From Ktedonobacterales bacterium (GTDB lineage: Bacteria; Chloroflexota; Ktedonobacteria; Ktedonobacterales; JADMIN01): DNA of 64,000 bases. Within the stretch, counting starts at the first letter, position 1, and the number at the start of each line of letters is the position of its first letter. Where the stretch lies: assembly GCA_035716045.1 (NCBI GenBank), contig DASTKI010000165.1:80-64079 (forward strand), in the 5' to 3' direction. A program made the position numbers and the translations under genes. Of this stretch, positions 19,775 through 29,409 are shown piece by piece. Below the pieces are notes generated by a model. The model was not told the origin of the DNA, did not search any database, and saw nothing but the letters and a program-made list of their open reading frames with translations.

Positions 19775-21259
19775 ATGCCCGCCGTCTTCATCTCCTACCG
19801 CCGCGCCGATAGCGCCAGCACCGCCGGTCGCATAGACGATCAACTCGTCGCCCGCTTCGGTCGTGCGCATGTCTTCAAGGACGTGGACTCCATCCCGCCC
19901 GGCGTGGACTTCGAGCGCTACATCGAAGACGCCATCCGCCGCTCCCACGCCGTCCTCCTCATCATCGGCCCCCGCTGGCTCAGCGCCTCCGCCGGCCTCT
20001 TCCGCCGCCGCCTCGACGACCCCGCCGACTTCGTGCGCGTCGAGATCGAGATCGCCCTGCGCCTCGGCGTCCCGATCATCCCGCTGCTGGTGGAAAACGC
20101 CGCCATGCCGCCCGCCGCGCGTCTGCCCGCCTCCCTGCGCCCACTCGCCACGCTCAACGCGCTGCCCGTCCGTCCCGACCCCGACTTCCACCGCGATATG
20201 GAGCGCGTCCTGCCCGCCATCGAGCGCCTGATGGCCGGCCCGCCTCCCACCCCGCCCATGCCCTCTGAACCCACGCCGCCAGCGCCCACCCTCACACAAG
20301 CGCCCGCCATCCCTACCACGCCCGAGCAGCCACCAACCCGCCAGCCGCCAGATGAACCAACACTCCCCCCTACCCTGCCCGCCGCGCCTCCCCTCTCCCC
20401 GCAAGGAGAGGGGGCAGGGGGTGAGGCCACCCATAAGCGCCCCGCCATCGCCCTTACCCAGCGGATGGGCGTCAAGCCCTCCCGGAGCCCCGCGCTGGGC
20501 AGGCTGGTGGCGACCATCTCCGCTCTCGTCCTGATCGCTGTCACTGTCCCTCTCCTTCTCAGTGCGCAGCCATCCCCTCTCACTGCGATCTTCACTGATA
20601 CCAGCGCCACCTCCACCGCGAGCAGCGGTACTGTCACTACGCAGGCCTATGCCACCAGCTTTGCAGCCACGCAGACCGCCCAGGCGATCGACCGGGCCAA
20701 GGAATACAAGCCTACCGGTGTTGGACCATGCGATACCGCTGAAGGTGAGAAATATCAACGCCCCGATAACCCGTACTACTGGTCCTGGTCCCACGATAAG
20801 GGCCATGCGGTAACCTGCGCACCCGGGAATGTGGCCAAGCTAACCGGCAGTGGAACACTTACGTTCTACGGCATTCCTGCCGGCTTTCCATCCGAGTTCA
20901 AGGCCACGCTTACACTGTCCTTCCACGCCACCGCAGGTGATGGCTCCTCCTGCTTCTACCTCTATGTCGGCACGGACGTTTCCCCCGACATCCCTCCCTT
21001 TGTCAGATTCTGCGATAACGGAACCTGGTGGCCCAGAGGCGCTACCTCGCAGCGTTGCTGCGTCTCAGCATCCGGTACGTTGGACTTCCTCGTGATCGTC
21101 ACCACCAACACCATCGCGATCAGCGTCAATGACCATGTATTGCTCTCCGGGACAGACTATTCCCGGACAGTGAGTTACATTTCCATCCAGGGGCAGGACA
21201 TCGCGACCGGCGGCTGGCTCGGCGCCTCCAACTTCGACCTCAAGCCCACCACGCCATGA
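19775..21259 (+). CDS. TIR domain protein with a single TM and an extracytoplasmic C-terminal domain
   Basis: N-terminus VFISYRRADSASTAGRIDDQL...VFKDVDSIPPGVDFERYIEDAIRRSHAVLLIIGPRWL...FVRVEIEIAL matches the bacterial TIR_2 pattern. A Pro-rich linker containing family A copy 10 in-frame follows, then TM LVATISALVLIAVTVPLLL and a ~230-aa lower-GC beta-rich domain with Cys pairs. Confidence 0.8.
   Translation: MPAVFISYRRADSASTAGRIDDQLVARFGRAHVFKDVDSIPPGVDFERYIEDAIRRSHAVLLIIGPRWLSASAGLFRRRLDDPADFVRVEIEIALRLGVPIIPLLVENAAMPPAARLPASLRPLATLNALPVRPDPDFHRDMERVLPAIERLMAGPPPTPPMPSEPTPPAPTLTQAPAIPTTPEQPPTRQPPDEPTLPPTLPAAPPLSPQGEGAGGEATHKRPAIALTQRMGVKPSRSPALGRLVATISALVLIAVTVPLLLSAQPSPLTAIFTDTSATSTASSGTVTTQAYATSFAATQTAQAIDRAKEYKPTGVGPCDTAEGEKYQRPDNPYYWSWSHDKGHAVTCAPGNVAKLTGSGTLTFYGIPAGFPSEFKATLTLSFHATAGDGSSCFYLYVGTDVSPDIPPFVRFCDNGTWWPRGATSQRCCVSASGTLDFLVIVTTNTIAISVNDHVLLSGTDYSRTVSYISIQGQDIATGGWLGASNFDLKPTTP
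20389..20427 (+). repeat. Family A repeat, copy 10, in-frame inside the TIR gene linker
   Basis: cccctctccccgcaaggagagggggcagggggtgaggcc, translated as PPLSPQGEGAGGEA. Confidence 0.8.
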
Positions 21260-21297
21260 CCTCACCCACGCCCCACCATGCCGGCTTCACCAGCGCC

Positions 21298-21323
21298 GTG
21301 CGCCAGCCATTCATGGCTGCGCC
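21298..21323 (+). repeat. Family C repeat (gtgcgccagccattcatggcNgcgcc)
   Basis: Lies between the convergent TIR and MCP genes. Confidence 0.8.
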
Positions 21324-21339
21324 CACCGCCCGCTCACCG

Positions 21340-23517
21340 CTACTCGCTGGACCCCGCGGACGGCCCATCGCCGTATGGCCGCGTTGGCGCGCCTAACCGC
21401 CTGCGCCTCATCGCGGGCGTCTCCGGCATCGTCTCCTGCAAGAGCGCCGCCTCATCCGAAGCGGACAGCGCTGGCGGCTTCGCAATGGATGGCAATAGCG
21501 TCGTTTCCACCATATCCGCTGATTCCACCGGCGTCCGCGCCAAAGGCATCACCACCGTCGGCTGCTCGGAGGCGTCACCCACCGCCACATCGGGCGCGCC
21601 CACCGGCCATTCATGGCCGCGCCCCTCACTCCCAGCGTGCGCCAGCCATTCATGACCGCGGCCCTCACTCCCAGCGTGCGCCAGCCATTCATGGTCGCGC
21701 CGTTCCCCCGCCGTGTCCCCGCGCCCGGCGACCACTGGACGGGCTGTCGGCTTCAGATGCCCCGTCAGCCCACCCGGCTCCGGAAGCCAGCGCGTCATGC
21801 GCGCGGCGGCTGGTCGCTCTGGCTCTAGCGCAGGCGCCTCGATCTCCTGATCATGCTCCCGCAGGCGGAACTGCGCGATCTGCTCCTGCAGCGCCTGCGC
21901 CAGGTCCACCAAATAGTCCATCGAGGCCCGCGCCTGCTCCATGCTATCCCGCGTCTGCGTCGAGACCGCCGCCAGCTCCTGGATCGCCTCCACCACCTGC
22001 GAGGCCACCCCCGCCTGCTCTATCGCGATATCGCTGATCTGCTGGATCGCCCCCGCCATCCGCTGGGTATACCCATCCACCGCCTCCAGCGCCGAGCCCG
22101 CCCGCGCCACCAGCTCCGACTGCAAGACCACCTCTTCCGCGCTGTGCTCGATCTGCCGCGCCACCTGCCCCGTCTCGTTCTGCACTGCCTGGATGCGGGC
22201 GTGGATCTGCCGCGTCGCCTCCGCGCTGTTATTCGCCAGGCTGCGCACCTCATGCGCCACCACCGCGAAGCCGCGCCCGTGCTCCCCGGCGCGCGCCGCC
22301 TCGATCGCCGCGTTCAGCGCCAGCAGATTCGTCTTAGCCGCGAAATCCTCCACCACGCGCACGATCATGCCGATATCCTGCACCGTCTCGCCCAGCCGCT
22401 TGACCTTCTTCGTCGTCTGCAGCGTCAGCTCGCGCACCCGCAGCATCCCCTCCGACGCCACCTCCGCGTCGTGGCTCCCATCCCGCGATACCTCGCTCGC
22501 CACCTGCGCCAGCCCGCTCGACTCCCCCGCCGTCGTCGCGATCTGCCGGACGTTCTCCGCCATCCCCTCTACGACATGTGACAGCTCGAGAATTCGGTCC
22601 GCCTGGTCCTGCGCGCCCTCCGCCAGATAGGTCGCCGCCGCCCGTACCTCGCTCGCGTGCTGGTTCACCATCTCGCTCGCCGAGCGCACCTCCAGCAGCA
22701 GCCCATTCAGCGTCAGCAGCAGGTCATTCAGCGAGCTTGCCAGCGGCGCCAGCCCCACGCTCAGCGGCGGCGCGGGCTGGCTCAGGTCATGGTCGCGCGC
22801 CAGCTCCAGGCTCCGCCGCAGCAGCGCCAGCCCCTCATCCAGCATCCTGCGCTCTTGCTCGCGCTCGGCGAACAGGCGGCTCGTGTCAATCGCCAGCGCC
22901 GCCTGGTCGGCGAACAGCTCGATGATCTCGATTGTCTCCAGCGTGGGAACCTGCCGGTCCTCCGGCTGATCGAGCGACAGCAGCCCCAGCAGCCGCCCCG
23001 TCCGCGGGCTAACCAGCGGCGTCAGCAGCACATCCTCCGGGTCCCACTCATCGGGCGCCCCGGTCGCTGGCTCCGGAGGCGGCTCCACCACGCCGGTCGC
23101 CGGGATCACCTGGCTGTCCTGATGCGGGATGAAATACGAGCGGCTGCGGCGAAAGCGCGCCTGCATGCCCGCCCGCAACTCCTCTAGGCGCGGTGGCCGT
23201 TCCAGCAGCTCGCGCTGGTTCGCCGGGCTCAGGCCCGTCGTCGCCACCACATCCATGAACTCGCTATCCTGCCGCGCCAGGTTCAGCGCCGCCACGCGAA
23301 AGCCCGTCGAGCCGCTCACCGCCTCCACCACTTGCGCGCAGATCCGCTCGATCCCCATCTCCGCCCGCAGCGCCGCCCCCAGCCGCACCATCTCCTTCAC
23401 CTGGCGCATGCGCCGCTCCGCGTCCCGCGCCGCTCCCAGCGTATGCGCGGCGCCTGCGTCCCCAGCGTCCCGCCCGTCCCCAGCGTCTCGCTTCGACCAG
23501 CGCGGCCCAGTTGTCAT
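21340..23517 (-). CDS. Soluble GAF-domain methyl-accepting chemotaxis protein
   Basis: MCP signalling hairpin [34 protein letters not shown]-terminal GAF-like region (...[41 protein letters not shown]). Start trimmed to ATG 23517 because the longer ORF reads through a family C repeat. The C-terminal tail contains in-frame family C repeats. Confidence 0.8.
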   Translation of the reverse strand: MTTGPRWSKRDAGDGRDAGDAGAAHTLGAARDAERRMRQVKEMVRLGAALRAEMGIERICAQVVEAVSGSTGFRVAALNLARQDSEFMDVVATTGLSPANQRELLERPPRLEELRAGMQARFRRSRSYFIPHQDSQVIPATGVVEPPPEPATGAPDEWDPEDVLLTPLVSPRTGRLLGLLSLDQPEDRQVPTLETIEIIELFADQAALAIDTSRLFAEREQERRMLDEGLALLRRSLELARDHDLSQPAPPLSVGLAPLASSLNDLLLTLNGLLLEVRSASEMVNQHASEVRAAATYLAEGAQDQADRILELSHVVEGMAENVRQIATTAGESSGLAQVASEVSRDGSHDAEVASEGMLRVRELTLQTTKKVKRLGETVQDIGMIVRVVEDFAAKTNLLALNAAIEAARAGEHGRGFAVVAHEVRSLANNSAEATRQIHARIQAVQNETGQVARQIEHSAEEVVLQSELVARAGSALEAVDGYTQRMAGAIQQISDIAIEQAGVASQVVEAIQELAAVSTQTRDSMEQARASMDYLVDLAQALQEQIAQFRLREHDQEIEAPALEPERPAAARMTRWLPEPGGLTGHLKPTARPVVAGRGDTAGERRDHEWLAHAGSEGRGHEWLAHAGSEGRGHEWPVGAPDVAVGDASEQPTVVMPLARTPVESADMVETTLLPSIAKPPALSASDEAALLQETMPETPAMRRRRLGAPTRPYGDGPSAGSSE
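21595..21702 (+). repeat. Family C tandem array (39-nt period, ~2.7 units) inside the MCP C-terminal tail
   Basis: Units gtgcgccagccattcatgaccgcggccctcactcccagc. On the minus strand they read in-frame as [13 protein letters not shown] repeated. Confidence 0.85.
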
Positions 23518-23597
23518 GCGCCTCGCCTCCCTCTCGGCCCGTACCCGTGCGGCCTCTCGTCCACTATGCCCGCCATGCCTGGCTTCGCTCAGCCGCC

Positions 23598-23622
23598 GTG
23601 CGCCAGCCATTCATGGCCGCGC
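23598..23622 (+). repeat. Family C repeat
   Basis: gtgcgccagccattcatggccgcgc, upstream of the MCP start. Confidence 0.8.
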
Positions 23623-23726
23623 GGCGCCTGCGCACCCTCCAGGCCCTAAAGGGCCGGGGCACGGTACGCAACCTTAAAACGTACTGGGGGCAGAGGCCTG
23701 GGGCATTTATGCCCTAAGCCCGCGCC

Positions 23727-23752
23727 GTGCGCCGGCCATTCATGGCCGCGCC
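23727..23752 (+). repeat. Family C repeat
   Basis: gtgcgccggccattcatggccgcgcc, just downstream of the DinB-like gene stop. Confidence 0.8.
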
Positions 23753-23763
23753 GTCCCCTCGCC

Positions 23764-24303
23764 CTACGATCGCGCCAGCGCCTCCGTCAGCCAGTCTACA
23801 TGCTGACCATCGTGCCGCGCCATCTGCTTGAACAAGCCGCGCACCGTCCCAGGGGGAAACGGCGAATGCGGCGACTCCTGGTCCAATTGCTCATCGCTGA
23901 GCGACGCCAGCAGCGCCAGCGTCGCCTGCCGTGTCTCGCCCAGCCGCACCAGCAGCGCCGCCACCGGCTCGTCGCGATACTTCGCCAGCGCCCGCTCGTT
24001 CGACGCATTGGCCACGCGCGCCACCGCCTCGTGCGTCAGCGAGCCAGCTTCTGTATAAAATCCCGCGGGATCATCGGCCCCCGCCAGCGTCCGCTTCACC
24101 GCGCCCTGTAGATACCGCTCCACACCCAGCGCATGCGCCAGATGGTCTTTGACCCGCCACATCGCGCCGCCCGGTATCTCGCTCGGCGTCACGGGCCGCT
24201 CCATCTCCTCCGGCGTCCGCGCCGCAATCCACCGCTCCAGCCGCCCCCGCTGCTCTGTCAACGCCGCGAGCAACGCCTCGCGCGTCGGCGCCGTATCAGT
24301 CAT
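23764..24303 (-). CDS. DinB-family (four-helix bundle metal-binding) protein
   Basis: Trimmed to MTDTAPTREALLAALTEQRGRLERWI. His-containing helices KDHLAHALGVERYL and MARHDGQHVDWL are typical of DinB_2/MDMPI_N-like proteins. Confidence 0.7.
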   Translation of the reverse strand: MTDTAPTREALLAALTEQRGRLERWIAARTPEEMERPVTPSEIPGGAMWRVKDHLAHALGVERYLQGAVKRTLAGADDPAGFYTEAGSLTHEAVARVANASNERALAKYRDEPVAALLVRLGETRQATLALLASLSDEQLDQESPHSPFPPGTVRGLFKQMARHDGQHVDWLTEALARS

Positions 24304-24563
24304 CGTAGACTCCCCTTCACGCTGCATGGCTGCTCCCGCGCCAACGCGCCCGCCAGGCCCCATGGCGACCTGCCGCCCGCGCGGCGACATCGAATGCGCG
24401 ACCGCTGGCTCGACTGTAGCCGCTCTCGATCGGGAGAGAGCGACAGGCCAAGTCACGCCACCCTCCAGTATGGCACACCTACCAGTGGAAAAAGTCAGCG
24501 CCACGAAGACGGCATGTCCTCGTGGCGCTGAATGAGCGGCCAGACTGGCCCGCGCGCTTCCCC

Positions 24564-25592
24564 CTACTGGCCGGGGAAGTGGCACGCCGCCTGGTGATTC
24601 ACGCTCGTCCCTGGCTTCACTTCCAGCGGCGGGACCTTCTCGCGGCAGATCGCCTGCGCCTTCCAGCAGCGAGGGTGGAACGGGCAGCCCGACGGCGGGT
24701 TCACCGGGCTTGGCACGTCACCCGTCAGGATGATCCGCTTCCGCGTCTTCTCCAGGTCGGGGTCAGGGAATGGGCTGGCCGAGAGCAGCGCGATGGTGTA
24801 CGGATGCTGCGGATTCAAGTACACCTCATCCGCCGTGCCAAGCTCCACGATATGCCCCAGATACATCACCGCGACCCGCGTGCTGATATGCTTGATCGCC
24901 GACAGGTTATGGGCGATGAACATGTACGTTAGGTTGAACTCCGCTCGCAGTTCCGCCAGCAGATTCAACACCTGCGCCTGGATGGACACATCCAGCGCCG
25001 AGATCGGCTCGTCAGCCACGATGAACTTCGGATTCAGCGCCAGCGCCCGCGCGATGCCGATGCGCTGTCGCTGCCCGCCGCTGAACTCATGCGCGTAGCG
25101 GTTCAGAATGTTCGGGCTCATCCCCACCACCCGCAACAGGTAGCGGATGCGCTCGTCCATCTGATCGCGCGACCCATAATTGAAGTTGGTCAGCGGCTCG
25201 GCGATCACCGTGCCCACCGTGAAGCGCGGGTCGAGCGAGCTATATGGGTCCTGGAAGACCATCTGCATATCGGCCCGGCGCTGGCGCAGCCTCTCCGGCC
25301 GCATCGTCACCAGGTCCTCGCCCTCGAAGAACACATGGCCCGCCGTCGGCTTGATCAACTGCAGCGCCGCCCGTCCCAACGTCGACTTGCCACAGCCGCT
25401 CTCACCCACCAGGCCCAGCACCTCGCCGCGCTTGACCTGTAGATCAACCCCATCCACCGCCTTGACCGAGGCCACCGTCCGGCCGAACAGCCCGCCGCGA
25501 ATGGGGAAATGGACCTTGAGGTCCCGAATGTCTATCAGCGTTTCGCCTAGCGCGGGGGAAGCCGCATTAGGCTGAGGCAACGTCGTCTCCAA
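24564..25592 (-). CDS. Oligopeptide/dipeptide ABC transporter ATP-binding protein (OppF/DppF-like)
   Basis: Walker [10 protein letters not shown], signature FSGGQRQRIGIARAL, Walker B FIVADEPISALD, and a C-terminal oligopeptide-type extension with CPFHPRC. Confidence 0.9.
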   Translation of the reverse strand: METTLPQPNAASPALGETLIDIRDLKVHFPIRGGLFGRTVASVKAVDGVDLQVKRGEVLGLVGESGCGKSTLGRAALQLIKPTAGHVFFEGEDLVTMRPERLRQRRADMQMVFQDPYSSLDPRFTVGTVIAEPLTNFNYGSRDQMDERIRYLLRVVGMSPNILNRYAHEFSGGQRQRIGIARALALNPKFIVADEPISALDVSIQAQVLNLLAELRAEFNLTYMFIAHNLSAIKHISTRVAVMYLGHIVELGTADEVYLNPQHPYTIALLSASPFPDPDLEKTRKRIILTGDVPSPVNPPSGCPFHPRCWKAQAICREKVPPLEVKPGTSVNHQAACHFPGQ

Positions 25593-25692
25593 CGGGAGTC
25601 GCTCCCTTCACCATCGTAACCTGCTCATAACGCCTCGTGATGCGCGTCAGGTCGCGCTTCTCAGGCCCCGCGCGCCCGCCTCACCGTGTGGT

Positions 25693-25725
25693 CGCGTCAT
25701 ATCGCGACCGTCGCGATATGACGCG
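25693..25725. repeat. 33-nt perfect palindrome in the intercistronic gap of the ABC operon
   Basis: cgcgtcatatcgcgac c gtcgcgatatgacgcg; the arms are exact reverse complements (checked base by base). Confidence 0.9.
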
Positions 25726-25750
25726 GCGCGCCGGGCGCGGTCCCGCCGGA

Positions 25751-26722
25751 TTAGAACGGATAGAAACATGCCGCCTGCTGGCCCGGACCCACCGTCTCCA
25801 GGATCGGCAGCTCCGCCCGGCAGCGTGGCTGCGCCTTGCGGCAGCGCGGCGCGAACGGACATCCCGGCGGCAGATTCACCAGGTTCGGCGGCTGCCCGCC
25901 AATCGCCGCGAGCTTCGTCCCAGGCGCCATATCGGCCCGCGGCACCGCGTTCAGCAGCGCCTGCGTATACGGGTGCGCCGGGTTCTTGAACAGCGTTCGC
26001 GTCGGCGCCGACTCCACGATCCGGCCCGCGTACATCACCGCCACCCGGTCGCACGTCCCCGCTACCACGCCCAGGTCGTGCGTGATCAGCAGCGTCGCCG
26101 TATTGAACTCCTGCGCCAGGCCCTTCATCAGGTCCAGCACCTGCGCCTGAATCGTCACATCCAGCGCCGTCGTCGGCTCATCCGCCACCAGCAGCTTCGG
26201 ATTGCACGACAGCGCGATGGCGATCATCACGCGCTGCCGCATGCCGCCGCTAAACTCGTGCGGATAGTGGTTCAGCCGCCGCCGCGCCTCCGGGATGCGC
26301 ACCAGGTCGAGCATCTGCGTCGCCCGGTCCATCGCCGCCCGGTCATCCAGCTTGAGGTGGGTCTTCACCGCCTCAGCGATCTGGAACCCGACCGTATACA
26401 CTGGATTCAGCGACGTCATCGGGTCCTGGAAGATCATCGCGATCTTGCCGCCGCGCAGCTTGCCGAGATCGTCCTCCGGAATCGCCGTGATGTCGTCGCC
26501 CTGAAACAGGATCTTGCCACCGACGATCTTCCCGGGGGGACTCTCGATCAGCCGCATCAGCGAGAGCGAAGTCACACTCTTTCCGCAGCCGCTCTCGCCC
26601 ACCAGGCCGAGCGTCTCACCCTCATCAATGTGAAACGTCACGTCCTCCACAGCTTTCACGACTCCCCCACGAGTGAAGAAGTGCGTCTGCAAGTGCTGGA
26701 CGTCCAGGAGCCGTTCTGCCAT
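25751..26722 (-). CDS. Oligopeptide/dipeptide ABC transporter ATP-binding protein (OppD/DppD-like)
   Basis: Trimmed to [15 protein letters not shown]. Walker [11 protein letters not shown], signature [15 protein letters not shown], Walker [14 protein letters not shown]-terminal CPFAPRC. Confidence 0.9.
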   Translation of the reverse strand: MAERLLDVQHLQTHFFTRGGVVKAVEDVTFHIDEGETLGLVGESGCGKSVTSLSLMRLIESPPGKIVGGKILFQGDDITAIPEDDLGKLRGGKIAMIFQDPMTSLNPVYTVGFQIAEAVKTHLKLDDRAAMDRATQMLDLVRIPEARRRLNHYPHEFSGGMRQRVMIAIALSCNPKLLVADEPTTALDVTIQAQVLDLMKGLAQEFNTATLLITHDLGVVAGTCDRVAVMYAGRIVESAPTRTLFKNPAHPYTQALLNAVPRADMAPGTKLAAIGGQPPNLVNLPPGCPFAPRCRKAQPRCRAELPILETVGPGQQAACFYPF

Positions 26723-26914
26723 GCTCGATGTCGCTCCGTCGCTCGCCCCTCCGCCAGCCGCGAGCGGCTCAGCGGAAGGGCATTTCGCCGATTGACGCCA
26801 CATACGCGCCTCGCGCGCATCTGGCGTATACGCCGGACAGGCTCGCCGCCCGCCCGCGCCGGAGAGTCCCCCAGCGCCAACGGGCAGGCGCCCGCCATAT
26901 CATCTTGCCCCGTC

Positions 26915-28036
26915 TTAGTCTTTCGTGCGCGGATTGAAAGCGTCCTGCACGCCATCGCCCACAAAGGAGAAAGCCAGCACCAGGATGGCTAGCACGAGCG
27001 TCGGCCAGACCACCTCCCAGGGATTCACGTAGATCTGCTGGATGGCGTCGTTGATCATCAGCCCCAGGCTGGAACCCGGCGTCTGCACGCCCAGCCCCAG
27101 CAGCGAGATGATCGCCTCGGCGACGATCGTTACCACCATGTCCAGCACCGCCGCCACCACGACGATATTGAACAGGTTGGGCACGATGTGCTGCACGATG
27201 ATGCGCACGTTCGAGCTGCCCACCGTCCGCGACGCCTCGATGAACTGCTGTTCACGCAACTGTAACGTCTGCCCACGCACGAGCCGCGCCATGAACGGCC
27301 AGACCGCGACGCCTAGGGCTAGCGCCACCAGGATCAGCCGCCCCGGCAGGCCAAACCTGTTCGAGAAGGCGGTGCCGAGGGTCGCTGCCGCCAGGATGGC
27401 GAAGAGCAGGCCGGGGAAGGCGAACATAATGTCGGTGAAGCGCTCCAGGAACATCGCCAGCCAGCCGCCATAGTAGCCAGCCAGCGTGCCGATGGTGACG
27501 CCCAGGCCCACATCGAGAATCTCCACCAGGATGGCGACCTCGATCGAGACATTGACGCCCGCCATCAGCCGCGCCAGAATATCGCGCCCGATCGCGTCGG
27601 TCCCCAGCGGATGAATGATGGAGAAGGAGGGGTATAGGTCCTGCCGGCTGGTATCGGTCTGCACATAGTTATGATATTGCGCGGGGGTGAGCACATCCGT
27701 GCCGGTCACGCCGCCGGTGATATTGGGGCCTACCCGCGTATAGATCAGCGGGCCGACATAGGCCAGGACAACAATCGTCAGTGTGATCGCCGCGAAGATC
27801 ATCGCTCGGCGGTCGCGTCCGAGGCGCCGCAGCGACGCCTGCGTCGGTGAGAGCGACTGGCCTTCCGTGACCAGCTCAACTCCAGCCGCCTGACGATCGA
27901 GGGTCGCCTGCGATGGCGCCTCCATGACCCCAGGATCTAGCCCGCCAATCGCGTTAATCGTCTCCGGCGTGGTCGCCATCCCGCCCCCGATAGTATCGAG
28001 CGCCTGTGCGTTTTCCGGCGTCTCGTCAATCTTCAT
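26915..28036 (-). CDS. ABC transporter permease (OppC/DppC-like)
   Basis: BPD_transp_1-type core (EASRTVGSSNVRIIVQHIVPN EAA-loop) and 6 TM segments, with a long N-terminal extension. Confidence 0.85.
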   Translation of the reverse strand: MKIDETPENAQALDTIGGGMATTPETINAIGGLDPGVMEAPSQATLDRQAAGVELVTEGQSLSPTQASLRRLGRDRRAMIFAAITLTIVVLAYVGPLIYTRVGPNITGGVTGTDVLTPAQYHNYVQTDTSRQDLYPSFSIIHPLGTDAIGRDILARLMAGVNVSIEVAILVEILDVGLGVTIGTLAGYYGGWLAMFLERFTDIMFAFPGLLFAILAAATLGTAFSNRFGLPGRLILVALALGVAVWPFMARLVRGQTLQLREQQFIEASRTVGSSNVRIIVQHIVPNLFNIVVVAAVLDMVVTIVAEAIISLLGLGVQTPGSSLGLMINDAIQQIYVNPWEVVWPTLVLAILVLAFSFVGDGVQDAFNPRTKD

Positions 28037-28192
28037 GCCTCTATCCTCCTCTCATCCCGGACCATCCCGACCCCGCGCCAGGGTGTTCCTGGCGGAGTCT
28101 GGCGCTGCGGTGAAAGCCCGTGACTATGGTGAATGCCATCAGCGCATCGCATGAATGGGGCCTTCGCCTCTGAGCGAGAAGCCCCATCCATC

Positions 28193-29206
28193 CTATGAGA
28201 CCTTAATGCGCGGGTCTACAATGCCGTAGACCACGTCAGCGACCAGATTCATCAGCGCAACCGCCACCGCCAGCAGGATGCCAATACCCTGCACTACTGG
28301 GAAATCGCGCGCGACAATCGCGTTGATGCCTTCCTGGCCAACACCAGGGATGTTGAAGAGGTTTTCGGTAATGAACAGGCCCGTCACCACAAAACCAATC
28401 GCCGGGCCGAGAATCGTGATCAGCGGCAAGACCGCGTTGCGGAATGCATGCCGCCAGAGGACGATGCGCTCGTTCAAGCCCTTCGCCCGCGCCGTTCGCA
28501 CGTAGTCTTGTCGTAGCACCTCGATCAGGCTCGTGCGCGTAAAGCGCAAATAGAATGCGAAGCTCGTCACGCCGGTAATCGCGATCGGCGCGATCATCGT
28601 GTCCCACGTGCCCCAGCCCGACGGCTGCAAGTGCGGCAGCCCGTTATTGCTCAGCTGTACCATCGCCAGTTGGTAGAAGGGGATGATCACAAAAATCGGC
28701 ACGGCGAACATCACCAGGCCGATCGTCTGAATCACGGTGTCATAGCGCGTGTTGGCCCGCACGGCCGCCAGCATTCCCAGCGGCACTCCAATCACCAGCG
28801 CCACCACGATGCTGCTCAGTCCCAGCGTCATCGAGGCTGGCACGTACAGTCGGAGGATGTCCCAGACATCACGCGTCCGATCAACCCAGGACGGGCCAAG
28901 ATCGAAGTGCAGCAGGCGATAGAGGAAATTGCCATACTGCGTATACCAGGGGAGGTCAAGCCCATATAAGTGGCGCAGCGCTCTAGCGTTCTGAGGTGTG
29001 TAATGCTGCCCGAGCTGGGCTATCACCGCGTCGCCCGGAGCGAAATAGCCCAGGATGAACGTAATGAACGTTACACCCAGAACGACGAAGAGAAGACCCG
29101 CAAGCCGGCGCACCAGGAATTGGGGTCCCAATCGGAAACCGGTGAAGACCAGGAACGCCAGGACGACCACCGCGGTGATGATCGCCGGAAGATCCGAGAG
29201 GTTCAT
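28193..29206 (-). CDS. ABC transporter permease (OppB/DppB-like)
   Basis: 337 aa. Motif QDYVRTARAKGLNERIVLWRHAFRNA (EAA loop) and 6 TM segments. Confidence 0.9.
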   Translation of the reverse strand: MNLSDLPAIITAVVVLAFLVFTGFRLGPQFLVRRLAGLLFVVLGVTFITFILGYFAPGDAVIAQLGQHYTPQNARALRHLYGLDLPWYTQYGNFLYRLLHFDLGPSWVDRTRDVWDILRLYVPASMTLGLSSIVVALVIGVPLGMLAAVRANTRYDTVIQTIGLVMFAVPIFVIIPFYQLAMVQLSNNGLPHLQPSGWGTWDTMIAPIAITGVTSFAFYLRFTRTSLIEVLRQDYVRTARAKGLNERIVLWRHAFRNAVLPLITILGPAIGFVVTGLFITENLFNIPGVGQEGINAIVARDFPVVQGIGILLAVAVALMNLVADVVYGIVDPRIKVS

Positions 29207-29400
29207 ACGTCACCTTTCGTCCATCAACTGAGGCTCCAGCCTGCGCGTTCAGCCCAGCGCGTTCAGCGTGGCGCTTTCTTGCGCGAATGACTAGCTTGCC
29301 TCACCGCGTGTTCACGCCACCCCGGCGCCAGGCTGTCGCGCCGGCTTGGGGATTGCCGGCATCGGCGCCGCGTCGAGGGCGCCCGGCGTGATTGTGTCGC

Positions 29401-29409
29401 ATTATAGCA
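29401..29409 (-). promoter_or_regulatory. Candidate extended -10 promoter element (TGcTATAAT) for the ABC operon
   Basis: Plus-strand attatagca reverse-complements to tgctataat, about 190 nt upstream of the first permease start. No convincing -35. Confidence 0.35.

Noticed and set aside
18076-19791. 571-aa minus-strand ORF
   Set aside because: Exactly antisense to the acyl-CoA synthetase gene, which has clear AMP-binding motifs. Gly/Ala/Asp/Val-rich shadow composition and no recognisable motifs.
21595-21702. A tandem repeat array as a possible CRISPR
   Set aside because: The units are contiguous (39-nt period with no unique spacers of CRISPR length), there are only about 2.7 units, no cas genes are nearby, and the array lies inside an open reading frame.
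25637-26992. 451-aa plus-strand ORF
   Set aside because: Antisense to the OppD-like ATPase, with an extreme Arg/His/Gln content. Shadow ORF.
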